Source of the DNA: Lingula anatina
Taxonomy: Eukaryota > Animalia > Brachiopoda
Direction: 5' to 3'
Length of the DNA: 64,000 bases
NCBI GenBank assembly: GCA_051362555.1
Contig: CM120642.1
Span: forward strand, 29,760,001 to 29,824,000
Within the stretch, counting starts at the first letter, position 1. Every line of letters starts with the position of its first letter. This document shows, piece after piece, positions 13,313 to 26,400 of the stretch. Both the position numbers and the translations under genes were made by a program. The notes beneath the pieces were generated by a model. The model had not been told where the DNA came from. It ran no database searches and saw nothing but the letters and a program-made list of their open reading frames with translations.

Positions 13313-13804
13313 CAGGGCCGTAGCCTGAGCAAAATGCCAGGGGGGGCAGTAAGCGGACAAGAGGGGGCGAAGCCCCCGAGGGGGGAGGGTGTGGGAGGGG
13401 ATGTCCCCCTCCCACGGTGTGGAAATTTTTTAAAAACTGTATGTATAATACTGCATTCTGGTGCATTTTAACTGTTATTTATTGGTCAATCAGTAGTCAG
13501 AAATTGTGGGTTCATTTTGCCATAAGTACAGTCATTTTTTCAACAAAACACGCCAATTGGCCTGGGGGATAGCTCCCTCAGGGAGGATGAGCTTTTTGGC
13601 AAGAACAGAGTTGGCTAAAAAAAGTACACCTTTGTAAACAGATTGTTGAATGATTGTCTAGTGGCCATGAGTGCCTTTTCTCACAGAATTGATACCAACT
13701 TTGCAATTATTTTTTTTACCTTTGCGATTATTTTTTTTGCACCCCAATTTCCAGGGGGGGGGGGGCTGTCCCCCCCCCCTGCCCCCCCGGAGGCTACGGC
13801 CCTG
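13313..13804. mobile_element. Non-autonomous hAT-like DNA transposon with 5-bp TSD
   Basis: Perfect 13-bp TIR CAGGGCCGTAGCC/GGCTACGGCCCTG; TATTT duplicated on both sides; G/C-run subtermini. Confidence 0.85.
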
Positions 13805-14556
13805 TATTTAGTATCTTTTAACAGTTTCTTTTGACACTTTCAAGACATGTAATAAAAGACAATTTTAGAAGACTTCAGTTCTCTGAGGGAATCGAAAACA
13901 GGGAGGTTGGCCGCTTCGCAAAATTCATCAGTTTCAGAACATGTTGTCACTGCACCTAGCTACCCTGATCCTTCATCGGCAGTACATGGACAAGCAGCAC
14001 TTTTGACGGCCCCCCTATTCCGCAAAAGGTCAAATTCTTGCACATGTCCTATGGTTGACGAACCACTTTATTTTTCTTCGTCCATGGGTCCCTAAATACT
14101 TACGGCTCTTTCCCAGTGACATTATCGGTCAACGTAAATCCGTGGGGACTCTTGCTGAATGCAATCAGTTAACAAATTATCACGCCACCTCTTGTTTCCA
14201 TGTGTACACGCATAATAACCAGCTTTTCTACGCAACGCCAGGAGGAGGCGTGTCATTCAGTTAATCTGATTGCATTCAGCGAGGGTTCAGCGAGACGTCG
14301 GCGTATTTTTCTCATGACTATACGTTTTTTTACACACTTAAGGTAACCGTAAAATGTATTCTGTGTAACTTGATATTGAGTGGTTTTATTCAAGTGGACC
14401 ATCCTACGGTGAGTTTCAGAGAATTAGGATTGACAGGTATCTGTGTGTTCGTGTTGGAACCTCTAGAGGGTAGGTATGGAGTATTTTACCACTTTTTGAT
14501 TGATGGAGAAAGAAATGAAGAAAGTTTGGCTGACATTTCTATTATTGTTATTGCAA

Positions 14557-14683
14557 CCACCACCACCACCACCACCACCACTACTACTACTACTTGTAAA
14601 TAGCACCAATGAAACTTTCAAAAGAAACATGTTTCTATGCAGCCAGCAATTGAATTACCGTCGTCTGGGCGAAGTAACATTTG

Positions 14684-14770
<87 letters not shown>
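14557..14770. repeat. Compound microsatellites (ACC)n(ACT)n and (CA)n(TA)n(GT)n
   Basis: Direct read. Confidence 0.9.
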
Positions 14771-14771
<1 letters not shown>

Positions 14772-15107
14772 GATATTTAATAAGCTTGGTGCTGATATTC
14801 GTCATCATTAGTAAACAGAAGTAACGAAGTTTATCAAAATGACAGTGCCTACATTCCAGTCTTAAGAACAGACACTAATAGCTCCTTACCGACGGGTCAG
14901 ATCTTAATTGCACGGAAATCTTGTCATTCAATGACAAATGCCCGTCTGTGTGAAGCAACAGGAAATTGGCTGATTTGTCTTTCATTTCGCTTGCGTTTGA
15001 TAGGCCGCCCAGTGGTGTAAGTGATGGGATTACTAGCGAATGCGTGTGCCATTTGCGTGCTCAACAGACCTTCCTTACGCAAGAACACTACATGTATATT
15101 TCTCATT
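14600..15107 (+). pseudogene. Truncated third copy of the GPCR (5'UTR to TM2 only)
   Basis: Aligns to ~10480-10932. The start codon is deleted (acgatggcaggtgaagt becomes acgaagt near 14826), there are small deletions near 14880 and 14925, TAC becomes TAA at 15018-15020, a CA/TA/GT microsatellite has expanded in the UTR, and homology stops abruptly after tgtatatttctcatt. Confidence 0.9.
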
Positions 15108-16050
15108 ATTTATATATACTCGCATAATAATAAAAGCTACTGTTATTAACAATAAAAGCTACCGTCGTATTTAAGTTTTTATTTTATTTCTGTGGAACCG
15201 TGTATAAATCGACTATTCTTTCAATAATAATTTGTACTGTTAGAATATACAGTAATTGATTAGTCATGATCAGATATAAATGGCAATACAATTGAGGGTT
15301 AAGAGTTCAGCGACAAGAAATCTATATAAACATTTCGTGTGGAGATACAGTGTAAATTTTAAGAGGCGTATCTAACTTATTTGAAACGTTTTGAGAGTGA
15401 TAGATGGAAGTTTGCAAAATGTTTGTTTTTGCTTAGCTTCTTGGGAAGTGGATAGCGGTTTTATGTTCACATGTTTTGCAGTTTTTTCCACAGTCTGTCT
15501 GTAAGCAAAATCTAGCAAAGAAAGAAAATTTTCTGAAGCTTAGACCGCCCACCTCCCCCACGCCACTTTATTTATGTTAAACGGATACCTATAATTATAA
15601 CCATTATTATTACTGTTAATATTATTATTATTATATTTCCCCGATGCCATGAAATGCACATTTTACTTCCACTTTTAGAACAAGTACAGCCATGTATGAC
15701 TTCAATCTAACGAGCCTCTGCTGATTAGTTTTCGCATCCACGAGTAGGCATCTTTCCCAAATACAGTAATCATTGAGAATAATTTTAGTATAGCTTTGCA
15801 ATGATCTATCTATTCCCGGTGGCAAGACCTACCTACTTCTTCCTGCTCTACGCAAAGCACTAATTTATCAAAGAAGCAGGGATAGATGGAATGCTGAGTA
15901 ACCCCGAGACAGGCTATATAGGCTACATGTCATGTATATATATATATATATATTATGTTATTCAATATATATTTATCAGATAGATATTATTTATATTTTC
16001 ATTTTTATAGCTGAATAATGATAAAAGCTACAGATATTGTATTTTAGCAT

Positions 16051-16085
<35 letters not shown>

Positions 16086-16391
16086 TTTTGATTCTTTGGG
16101 CGCGGGGTGACAATTTCCTTTAGTAATAAAATTCTGCAAATATTTATGTGAATATTTGTCTTGAATATCCTCTCATTCGTCTGTGCCTTTAGAATATAAT
16201 GAAGAAATAGTGATACTCACAAACATGCATTTGCTTCTACTCCATATAATAATGCGACCTTGGGCCTGCACCACACAATGTTGCGACTACGCCCAACCGT
16301 GTCCAACTGCCAAATGGGAAGACACTTTGCCCTACGATGAGCAACATATTGTTATGCAAATTACATATGGCTTATTCAGGTGGGGGTTGTT

Positions 16392-16692
16392 CAGGGGCGG
16401 ATCCATGATTATTTGAGGGTGGGGTCCGCGGATGCGGATTTAGAGTGGGGGGGGGTCAGGGGGGTCCTGACCCCTCCTTCATATTCTGATAACATCACCC
16501 TCTTGAAATTAGTGTTTTCACTGGCTGATCTATATATCTTAGCCGTTCCAAATGTCGTCGTTCGCCCTATAAAATACCACAATTTTTCTGGTCCCTTCAG
16601 CGGGCCCCGGACCCCACACAAGGGGGGGGGGGGGGGGGGGGGGGGGGCTCGCATCCGCGGACCACACCTTCAAAAATCCAGGATCCGCCCCT
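16392..16692. mobile_element. hAT-like MITE, family B (CAGGGGCGGATCC termini)
   Basis: TIR caggggcggatcc/ggatccgcccct, internal IR ggtccgcggatgcg/cgcatccgcggacc; homologous in opposite orientation to 32843-33055. Confidence 0.75.
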
Positions 16693-17015
16693 TCTAAAAA
16701 AGGGCTCAATCTTAATTAGTGGCTCGTTCAGCTTAAAAAAAGGTTTTTGAACTACCCCCTTTTCAAATTTCTGGTCGTTAATTAAATCTTATTTTCCTCC
16801 GGTCCGCACAGCAGAAAATATCTCTTAAATGTCGTTTTTCGGGTTATAATGAATCGAAACCCTGTGGTAATTTTTACTTTTTCGAAACACGTTTTACTGT
16901 CGTCTTAGAAATAAGACCACCTCTGTGATTATGCCGAACGCACTTAAAACTGCCATACTGAAAGAAAAAGAGGAATAAATAGATAGCTGGACTAATAATC
17001 GAGTAATTAGGGGCC

Positions 17016-17016
<1 letters not shown>

Positions 17017-17064
<48 letters not shown>

Positions 17065-17085
17065 TATAAAAATAATAATAATAAT
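17017..17085. repeat. (AAT)n microsatellite
   Basis: Direct read. Confidence 0.9.
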
Positions 17086-17319
17086 GATTTTGAAATTGTA
17101 TCATTAACGAATATTACAAAATGTCCATACATGTGCATAAGCTGAAATTAGCTTATTGGTGTAGGTAGAATGGGGGGGGGGACTACTGTCACCTCCCTTC
17201 TACACTGACCTAGCTTTTACGACTTTAAAAAACTCTACAGCATTGTTCATATTTAATTTGATGGTGACAAAAAAACACTGATGTAATACTAGTATTTGTC
17301 TTGTTGAATGCACTGAACA

Positions 17320-17466
17320 ATGACGAAGCGGATCCCTTCTTTTTATTTTCAAAAAGAATACGACATTTACGACAACCGTTACTAGGTAATATATCTACAT
17401 GCCTGTCGCGAGGCTGACGTTCTTGAAAGTGGTGTTTTCCATGGTGGGTTTAATGTATAGCTAACA
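17320..17466 (+). promoter_or_regulatory. GEMIN5 promoter / 5'UTR
   Basis: CpG-enriched region directly upstream of the ATG with TCGCGAG (CGCG-element-like, ~17406) and a half-CRE TGACG (~17415). Confidence 0.4.
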
Positions 17467-20400
17467 ATGAGCGGGTGCATATTACCGCCTTCACCTAGCT
17501 GGTACTGCAGCAGAATAAGTGACAACAACGAGGCGGGGATATTTATATATGGTGCTAGAAACAGCCTCCATCTCCTGGACGCTAATGTTCGACCCCCTCG
17601 GTTTGTTGGAGACATTCAGCACGCGCACGGGGACCGAGTTACAGGACTGTCCCTGTGCAAGCACGCGGGCCTGAGACACCTCTGCTGCAGTGGTGGGGAC
17701 GATGGCAAGGTGAAGATATGGAGTTTGGAATCCAAGGCTTGCTTGCACGAGCACCGTTTACACGATAAAGTAAGTTGATACCTCTAGCTCAAGACGTCTC
17801 AATTTTTGTGCCTTACAAGTTTCATTCTACAGGGGTAATATAAGACCCCATAACACCCAGTGATACAAAATCTTGGCGCTATAGATATCCACATCCTGGG
17901 AAAATTTGCCTGTCCTCCATCGCATATTGTAGTATATCTTGTGCAATACCCCCCCCCCCCCCATCACACACACATGCATAGACATACTGTGCATATACAT
18001 GTAATACATGTACATGTACAGGCCCATAGCCAGCAATTTCAAAGGGGGGGTTCCTTTATTGAAAAAGTGGACCTTTTACCATATAATCCCCATGTACCTA
18101 GGTCAAATTTTACCCAGAGTGGACCTTTTTCCAGCAAAAAGGGGGGTTCTTTCGAACCCCCCCAACCCCCCCCCCCCCCCCCTGGCTACAGGCCTGATGT
18201 ATATCTAATACTGTACTTTAATTTACAAGCAATAAAAATATGTACTACCATGTTCTTATCTTCATAACTTCAGAACAAAGTGACGTGTGTGGACTGGTCA
18301 GTGGTGAAGGATGACCTGGTTATCAGTGGAGATGACAGAGGGGGCCTGGTTTGCTGGAACTACACCTCTGGGTATCATAAGAGGTTCACACCAGAGGGCA
18401 GCATAATCTATTGTCTAACTGCTTCACCACATGATTCAAGACATGTAGCTGCAGGGTGAGTGGAGCATTTGAGGGGCTTTTGCATGGCACATTATCACTG
18501 CATGCATGCATGGCCATTGCTGCATGGTACATATGTAAACAAAGTTCATTGAAAGTTACATGTAACCTCTGCAGCAATAGTGCATTAGAATTTCCTTTAA
18601 GGAAGACAATTGTTGAGAACAACTCGACACGTACATCATTTTAACTTTTTATAAGCATTTTTCATTCGAGTTCTTGTATAATAAAAAAGTGACTAAAGAC
18701 AGTGGGTACATTATCAGGGCTTGAGTACTGAAAATAAAAATTTTGTTACCAAAATCAATCATCTTATTGCATTAATATACTGTAAGTCCCTTTATGTTCA
18801 TTTTAGCTACAAAAGTGGTCTAATTCTGCTGGTAGATATCTCTCAGAATGGAGCCATACTACACAGACTGCGAGGTCATGATGACGAGGTCCATTGTGTT
18901 GTGTGGAGTCCTTCTCTTGGGGAAGAGGTGGGAGAGAACTGGAGGAAAAATGAAACAGAAAATGGTAGGTCTAAGCTTAACTAGGGGTATGAATATCTAT
19001 GCCCATTGCTCAAGATAAATTAATTGTTGCTTGTCTATTACTGATTTTGTCAAATATAGATGCTGACCCCCCCCCCCCCACACACACACACACACACTTA
19101 CAAAATGAATAAGTAAATAAATGAATAATTGCAATAACTCACCAGTAAGTGTTTCATATCACCTTAAACCACATCATTTACTCCAAACTCTGTAAACTAT
19201 CCTCTGATATCAGGGGCCTCTAAAATAGTATACAAAAAATAAAGTATAGGCGATACAATAATGTTGCATCAGACTACTGGCTAACCCTGTGATCAAATTG
19301 TACTATAATCCACATCACTATAAATCATTATAATCCTGATACTAGATCTCTCTCATTTAGTCAACTCTAATACAATGTAATATAATATAATATAATATAA
19401 TATAATATAATATAATATAATATAATATAATATAATATATTTCCAGGGGACACCAGCGATGCAGACCCCCCTACAGACCAAGGCTGTTTGCTGGCGTCTG
19501 GCAGTCGAGACAGGACAATACGGCTTTGGAGCACCACCGGGGGGCGACAGGTGAGCCTGTTGAGGCTACCGTCCAGTCATGGTCAGCGCAGAGACAAAGG
19601 CGAAGACTGGGGCAGGACGAGGGTGTGGCTGGCCATATATTGGCCGAAGTGCTGGCCACTGCAGCTGGTATCTAGCACTCAGAGGTGGGTAAACTGTATG
19701 TGGATTAAAGTGAATTTTGATTTTTCTTTAATGAAAATCGAATAGCATACCATTAAATTACATCAAGAATGATTCTTGATTACATTGAATTCATGTGAAA
19801 CTTGACTCCCACTTTATTTTTATTATTATTTGCATGAGGAAAAAAAAAACAATATGAATAATTCAAATGAGATTTTTGTTTTCACAGTGGCGACCTGCTC
19901 CACTGGACACCTTTTAGTGCTCAGAAACAAAAATGGCAGCCACTGAACCATAAGGAGGCTGGAGGACACAACCGTATTGTGTTTAATATCTGCTGTGGTG
20001 GAGTGGATATGGATACTCTTTGTACAATATCCATGGATAGACAGGTCTGTGGGATCTCATCTTATTGGATTCTGTAAGATTTTAAATGCCATTTATCATT
20101 TTAAAGACAACACTATCAAATAATGGGTTGAGTTAAGATGTGTGTTGTAAAAAGGTAATGTTTTTTTATATAAAATTTCCAAAGGGTAAAGTACATTCAC
20201 TGAAAATAATTTTTGTTCAGGCTCAGATTTGATAGTTCACTGGCACATGTTAAAAGATTCGAGAATCATTGTTCACATTATTGAAGTCAACAATCATGAT
20301 TTTATCTGGTTGTTTCCTGGTCTCAGTTGAATAGAGCAAAATATTTCACTGGCAATGGTGAAAGAGGTATATAATGAATTAAATTTGTTTTCAGATTGTT

Positions 20401-23400
20401 GTGTGGTCGTTAAGAGACCTATGTTCTGTACAGAGTATCCCCACTTTAGGGGGCTTTGCCTACAATATTGCTGCCTCCCCAGTGGATCCAAGTAAGTGCA
20501 AGGAGAAGCCAGGCTGAATAATTCCACTCTTAAAAATTACATTGTAGAAAATTAAGATTGCATTTTCCATCAGTACTATTCAATACAACAGACATATTGA
20601 GTCAGGTTTATGTTTTATATTTTTTCTCATTTTGAGAGATTTTGACTTTGTTATTGGATTATAATATACAGGATAGGTAGAAAAACTGAGGCTTATTGAT
20701 GAATTCTGCATGTATTCCCAGTAACAGGCATGTGTTGTGTTTTAGGTCGCGTTGCTATTGGAGTTGGAGACCAAATGATACGAGTGTGGAACACTGGTAA
20801 CCCTGGCAACCCGTACGACTACCTGTTACTGTGGCAGGGGATAAGAGGGAAAGTTACTGCTGTAAGTATATGTAAAACATGGTTCTAGACTTGGTGTATA
20901 AGAAACTATTCTGTGCCAAATTGCTATTTTTATTTTGCTATTCTTATTGGTATTGCCTCGCTCTTCAGTAATTCTGTTGAAATTTGATGTAGTCTCCACC
21001 CAATAAAAAGGAAAAACTGAAAGAAAAAAATAGAATGAAAAAGCTAGTGAAATATAGACTCATTCATTTGTATCTTTATACAGCAAAAATCATGTCTCAT
21101 TATTATTTTGTCTTTACTTGAATTATTTTTCTGTTTTTATTTCTTTCTTATTTGCTGGCCAATGCTTGTCGAATTTATTAAGAATGTGTTGCTAAGTGAT
21201 CATATTATGTTTCTCCCTCTCCAGCTGAGTTGGCACCCAGACAGGGAGGGGGTTCTAGCATATGGCACTGATGATGGCAGAGTAGGCATATATGATGTCT
21301 TGTCTAATAGGTATGATTTAGATTTTAGTTCTAGAATTTTCATCAGACATGAAATTGGGTTTTATTTAGATTTTAAGGTATGAATAGGGTATTAATGAAT
21401 CTCCATGTCATGATGTATATTTAAGTTGTTGTTTTATATTTTTGTTCCATTTTTGTCAACTATGTCAAGAATCAAGGCACACAAAACTGAAAAGTAATCA
21501 ATAAATCATACATTTATGCAATATTTTCTAGAGAAAAGACGCACCAACTTTCAGATTGTTTAATTTTAAAGTGTTACAAATGTAGTGTGGATGACAATTC
21601 TCAATCTATTAATTTTTAGTGTATTCAGTTCTCTGTTCCTTTTGCAGAGGTATAACAATAACCAGCATATGCAGTTTGATTTTTCTTTTGGTCATTTTCC
21701 ATAATTAATATGCATTTTCCCCCCCTCCACTCAGGCCTCCTCTAGTGTCTAATACATACCACAAGAAGACAGTTTATGTGGTCACATGGGGACCTGCAGT
21801 TCAGCAAACAGGTATGGGCAGAGTTTGTGATATGAAGTGATCTTAAACCTGGTCCGGTTTGCCTTTGGTATTTGAAGTGAATAAGTTTTTGTTTTGAATG
21901 AGATGTTGGTTTAAGTAGAGCATTAAATTTAATATTGGTCCGTGCACTTTCTGGCACACATGATGTTCCAAGATATAAAAGAAAGAAATCTTGTACTCGA
22001 TGTTACAAATGAGGTTAATTACATCCAGTTCATGAAGTAATGTGAATCAGATCAAGCAATCATTTTGTCAATATTTTTCTAGATCCTATCAAAGTGTTCC
22101 ATGCAGTGCACAGTGTAGGTGACGGTGTGATATTACAACACGACCCCTATAAGCTGGATACCCCTGCCCTGCAACTGAATGATGAAATAGCAAGGGTGAA
22201 TGGAGAGAGGGTAAAAGGATCAGCACTTTATGTGATACAGTAGCTGAAAGTTTGTAGACAAAGATCAGACTAAAAATACGGTCCTTGCTTGTAAACAAAA
22301 TAAAGAAGTAAAGGTATTTTAAATATGTCTCAAGACAATAGAGTATGATAAATGAATAAATTGGTTAATCAATTAACTAAATGAAATTTACTTTTCCACG
22401 GATGGCTTTTATTAGGGGGATTTGCCACACTGGAGTGATTAAATGTCTCTCACATTCTGTAAAATTTAGACAATATTGTGCAATTAGTTCATTGCAAAAT
22501 ACGGTATGTCATATTTAGTTTGATTAAAAATTTTAATGAAACTAACGGTTTTGCTACCATAATGGCTGTGTCCACCTAAACATGGTAAAAATTAATCTTA
22601 AAGAAGATCCAATTCCTTTCAGAAATTTCCAATTCGCAGTGAAATAAGTTGGAAGTCGGACTTTTCTGTGGTTGCCATTGGGAATGATGATGGGTGAATA
22701 TATAAGCCAAATATAATGTTAGGCAATAATGTCAGTCTTTGCTCATTTACAGAAAAGGTTTCAGTCATTTTAAGATAAAGCTCATTATTGATTTCAGAAA
22801 CCCTTATCAATATTGGTGGTATAAAAAGTGTAACAGTAGGTATTTTATTCTGCAGTTAAAGTCAGAGGTTGTTATATTTTGGTAATGTCGATCTATATGT
22901 CGCATGTATGATATATGGAAGTTCAGCAGTGGAGTTTAGAATCTATTTTAGAATCTATAAAAGCAAAAATTTAAATATTTTTTTAAAAGATTTCTTGGGG
23001 CTGTTCATAATAAGATTAGGATTTCTGGTGGTATGATCTTCTATGTGCTACACACCAGGTCAGTGGAAGTGTACCAGACCTCCTCACTGAAGCTGTTATG
23101 TACAGTCCAAGTACACAAAAAGCTGATCAACTGTGTCCGGTGGCATCCCCAGCACGTGGGTACCACCAGCAGCCCCTCCCCCTACAGACACTGGCTGGCT
23201 TGTGGCTCCAATGAGTCCGTGATTCATGTCTGCGATCTCGGGAATATTTTAGGTAATTGATATTACTTTATGATACTGATAAGAAATATGTTTCTTGTCA
23301 AAGATTATTGATTAAGTATTACTGTCATATTTATGGGCACATTTTAGATAAGCGCGCTCTTTAATTAAGTTTTCATTTATTTAAAAAAACTGCCAGTTCA

Positions 23401-26400
23401 AATTGGTGTAATTAATTTTAGCTTAATATATGTTATTATTGTAATTTGCTTGTTGTACGTTAACTGATTAAATAGAATAGGTGAACTGATTTTATTGCGT
23501 GATATTTTATCATACTCTATAAAAGACAAGATCTAATTCTAATACTTTGCATGTTTATAGAAAGCACAGAGGATCCACCACCTGCTCCAGTGTGTATAAC
23601 TGATAGTTTCTGCCAGTTAGAGGACCACAGCGGTCGAATCACTGGACTGTCATGGAGTCTTCACACAGACGCCATGTTGGTGTCAGCTTCATATGATGGA
23701 ACTGCAAAGGTGAAACTGAAACCGATATACTTTTATTGGAATAAAAGAAAACTTGTTGAAAAATGTTATGTAAATAAAAATATCTCTTAATTGAAGTTAT
23801 ATTTACTAAAGCAAATAGCTTGTTGTTTGTCTTTAATTTATATTTAGTAAAAAGTGAAGAACTTTTACTTGCTTAAGATAAACTTAGTCTGCCAGGATGA
23901 TTTTGGTTATTATTTTATTCACAGTATTACCAGTTTTAAAAGACAAACAATCGATTTTATCAGATTACATTTTTGTCCATTTTTGATGCCAGGTGTGGAA
24001 TGTCCTGAAGAGGGAGCCAGTGGCATGTTACACAGGTCACAATGGTCGTCTGCTCACTGTGCTGTGGAGCAGTGTGGACTGTGATGTCATATTTAGTGGA
24101 GGGGATGACTTTGCCGTCCACCAGTGGAAACTGTCTGAGTGGAAAGGGCATGAAGATAAAGGTGAAGTAACTATGCCATGTGATCAATTGAAAGAAAATT
24201 AAAATTGTGTGTGTAGATATGTAAATAAATGTTCAACATGGTTAAGTTTTTTGTGCATATACATAACTGCAGTAAAGCTGAAGGTTTTTGAAAATTGTTT
24301 TACTATCTAGACCTTCTGCCTAAAAAATGTGAAATTCATTTCTTTTTTATCATTGTCATATAGCTACATGTTTATTGCCTTACTGTAAGCTTCTATAAGT
24401 AAAACACCACCATGCAGTGTTTTCCTCCTTTGCTCCATAGGAGGGCCTCAGAAAAGAAAGAAATATAAAAGCAAAGGTAGAAATCATCACAGCAGCCAGA
24501 ACCATAGAGCAGAATTCTCTGATTCTCCGAGGGAACCTTCTTCCTGTAATACTCAAAATGAACTTGCCACACAGGATACCAATGTGCCTAAGTCACATTC
24601 TGTAGATGTTTCTGAAGTGGAAGAGCTACAAAAGATGTTAGATGAGAAGAGAAAACTTCTAGAAGAGCAACAACGAGTGGAGGAAGGGAGTAATGGTATG
24701 ATGGAGGCAGTTTTTCTGAGTTTAGTTTAGATGTGAATTCTATTTCTGGTAGTGAGATATGTAAATCAGTGAAACTTTGAGATTTTTTTCTTTGAAGTGG
24801 ACCTTAATACGTTTACTAATTCAAAAGAAATTAAAGTTAAAGTATACATTTTATATTATTTAGATTCATAGTCTAATATTTTAAAATTTACAAACTTTTT
24901 CATATTGTTTTGACATATCTCATTAATTTTAAAAGACCAATCAGGAAGAATAAATGTGGTGGAAGACAAAGGGCAACTGTTGTCTGCCATATTGGGCTCA
25001 GCTGCTGCTGCTGCAGGAGAGGGTACAATGGTGCCACCTACACATTTGATAAATAGAACAGGTTAGTGTTCAGTTGCTTTCATTCTCAAACAGCAAAGAC
25101 CAGATGAAAATAGCAATTTGAGTACAAAGACAGCAGTTTGATTCATAAGAGAAATCAATTAGAAAAGAATAAGATAAATTGGAAATTACTTAAAGTAGCA
25201 ATGTTATTTTGTGACCAGAGATCATAAGACTATCATTAAGTTCCTGACTGTTATGTATGCCTGGTTATATTAGTATGTTTTCAATTTCTTGTGTTGAGTT
25301 ACTCTGTTTCTTGTGAAAAAAAGCTGATGAAGCCTGCTTTAATTGCAAATTGGATTTCAGTGGACATAATTTTTAAAGTGAATATACATAGCTGATGTAT
25401 GGTGTCCATTCTCTTTCCAGTGATTCCCAGCATAGACCACAAGGACAGGAAGAAGAGGAAGCCCAAGTCCCTGTTCCCTGTGTCAGGGGCTGCTGAGAAC
25501 AGAAGCAAGGGGGCAGCACAGGACTGTTTGCACCTGGCAAAGCAGATGTGGGGTATGTTACATACATTTCATGACTTTAAAATGTTTGGTATGAGTAATA
25601 TTTAACATTTGGTGTACTGTGGTAAATAAAATCAAATTATGTATTTTGTCAGAAGATTGAAAAATTTATTGACTCAGGATCGTGCTCTTGAAAAGTCATC
25701 AGTATAGAATATATTTCACATTTTCAATAGTTTTATGAATTTGGAGAATATTGTCCCTAGTCACAATGGATAAAAATGATAAAATCTTGACATTTATACT
25801 AATTATTAGTTAAAAAAGCAAAATTTATAATAATTTGGCTTCTATTTATCCCTTGAGCCATCTACTATAGATATACTGGACCTGGTCCACATTGCTATAC
25901 TCTTTACAGGAAAAGCTGCAGAAGATGCCAAGGTTGACACCAACCATTTAGGACTGTACCTTGACAGACCACAGGTGTATGTGCTGTTGAGGAAAGAAGG
26001 TGGGACTGTTTTATTCATCCTAGTACTCTTTTTTTAATGATTTTTGCACAGTTTTTATGAGCATTTTGTATTGAATTTTTTAAATGTCATAGAAAGGTTC
26101 TAAGAAGGTTAGAGCATGGTGAGCAAGGTGTAACAAGTACGGTTGCCAAGAAAATTTCATTTCATTAAAAAGAAAGGTGAAGTTTGGGTCTTATTGAAAA
26201 ACTAAGTTAATTGTACAGTTCATAGTAAAAGAATTATACAAAAAGTGTGTCTTCATATTCAGGTGACCACCATGTGTCTCAAGGTTATATAGATGGTTAT
26301 CTTCAGCTGGAGGTTTGGAAGGGAAACGTTTCTGGAGCCTTGAAATATGCTGCAGAACATGCTGTCCTCTCGGACTGGTTGATGTCCATAGCACCCATGG

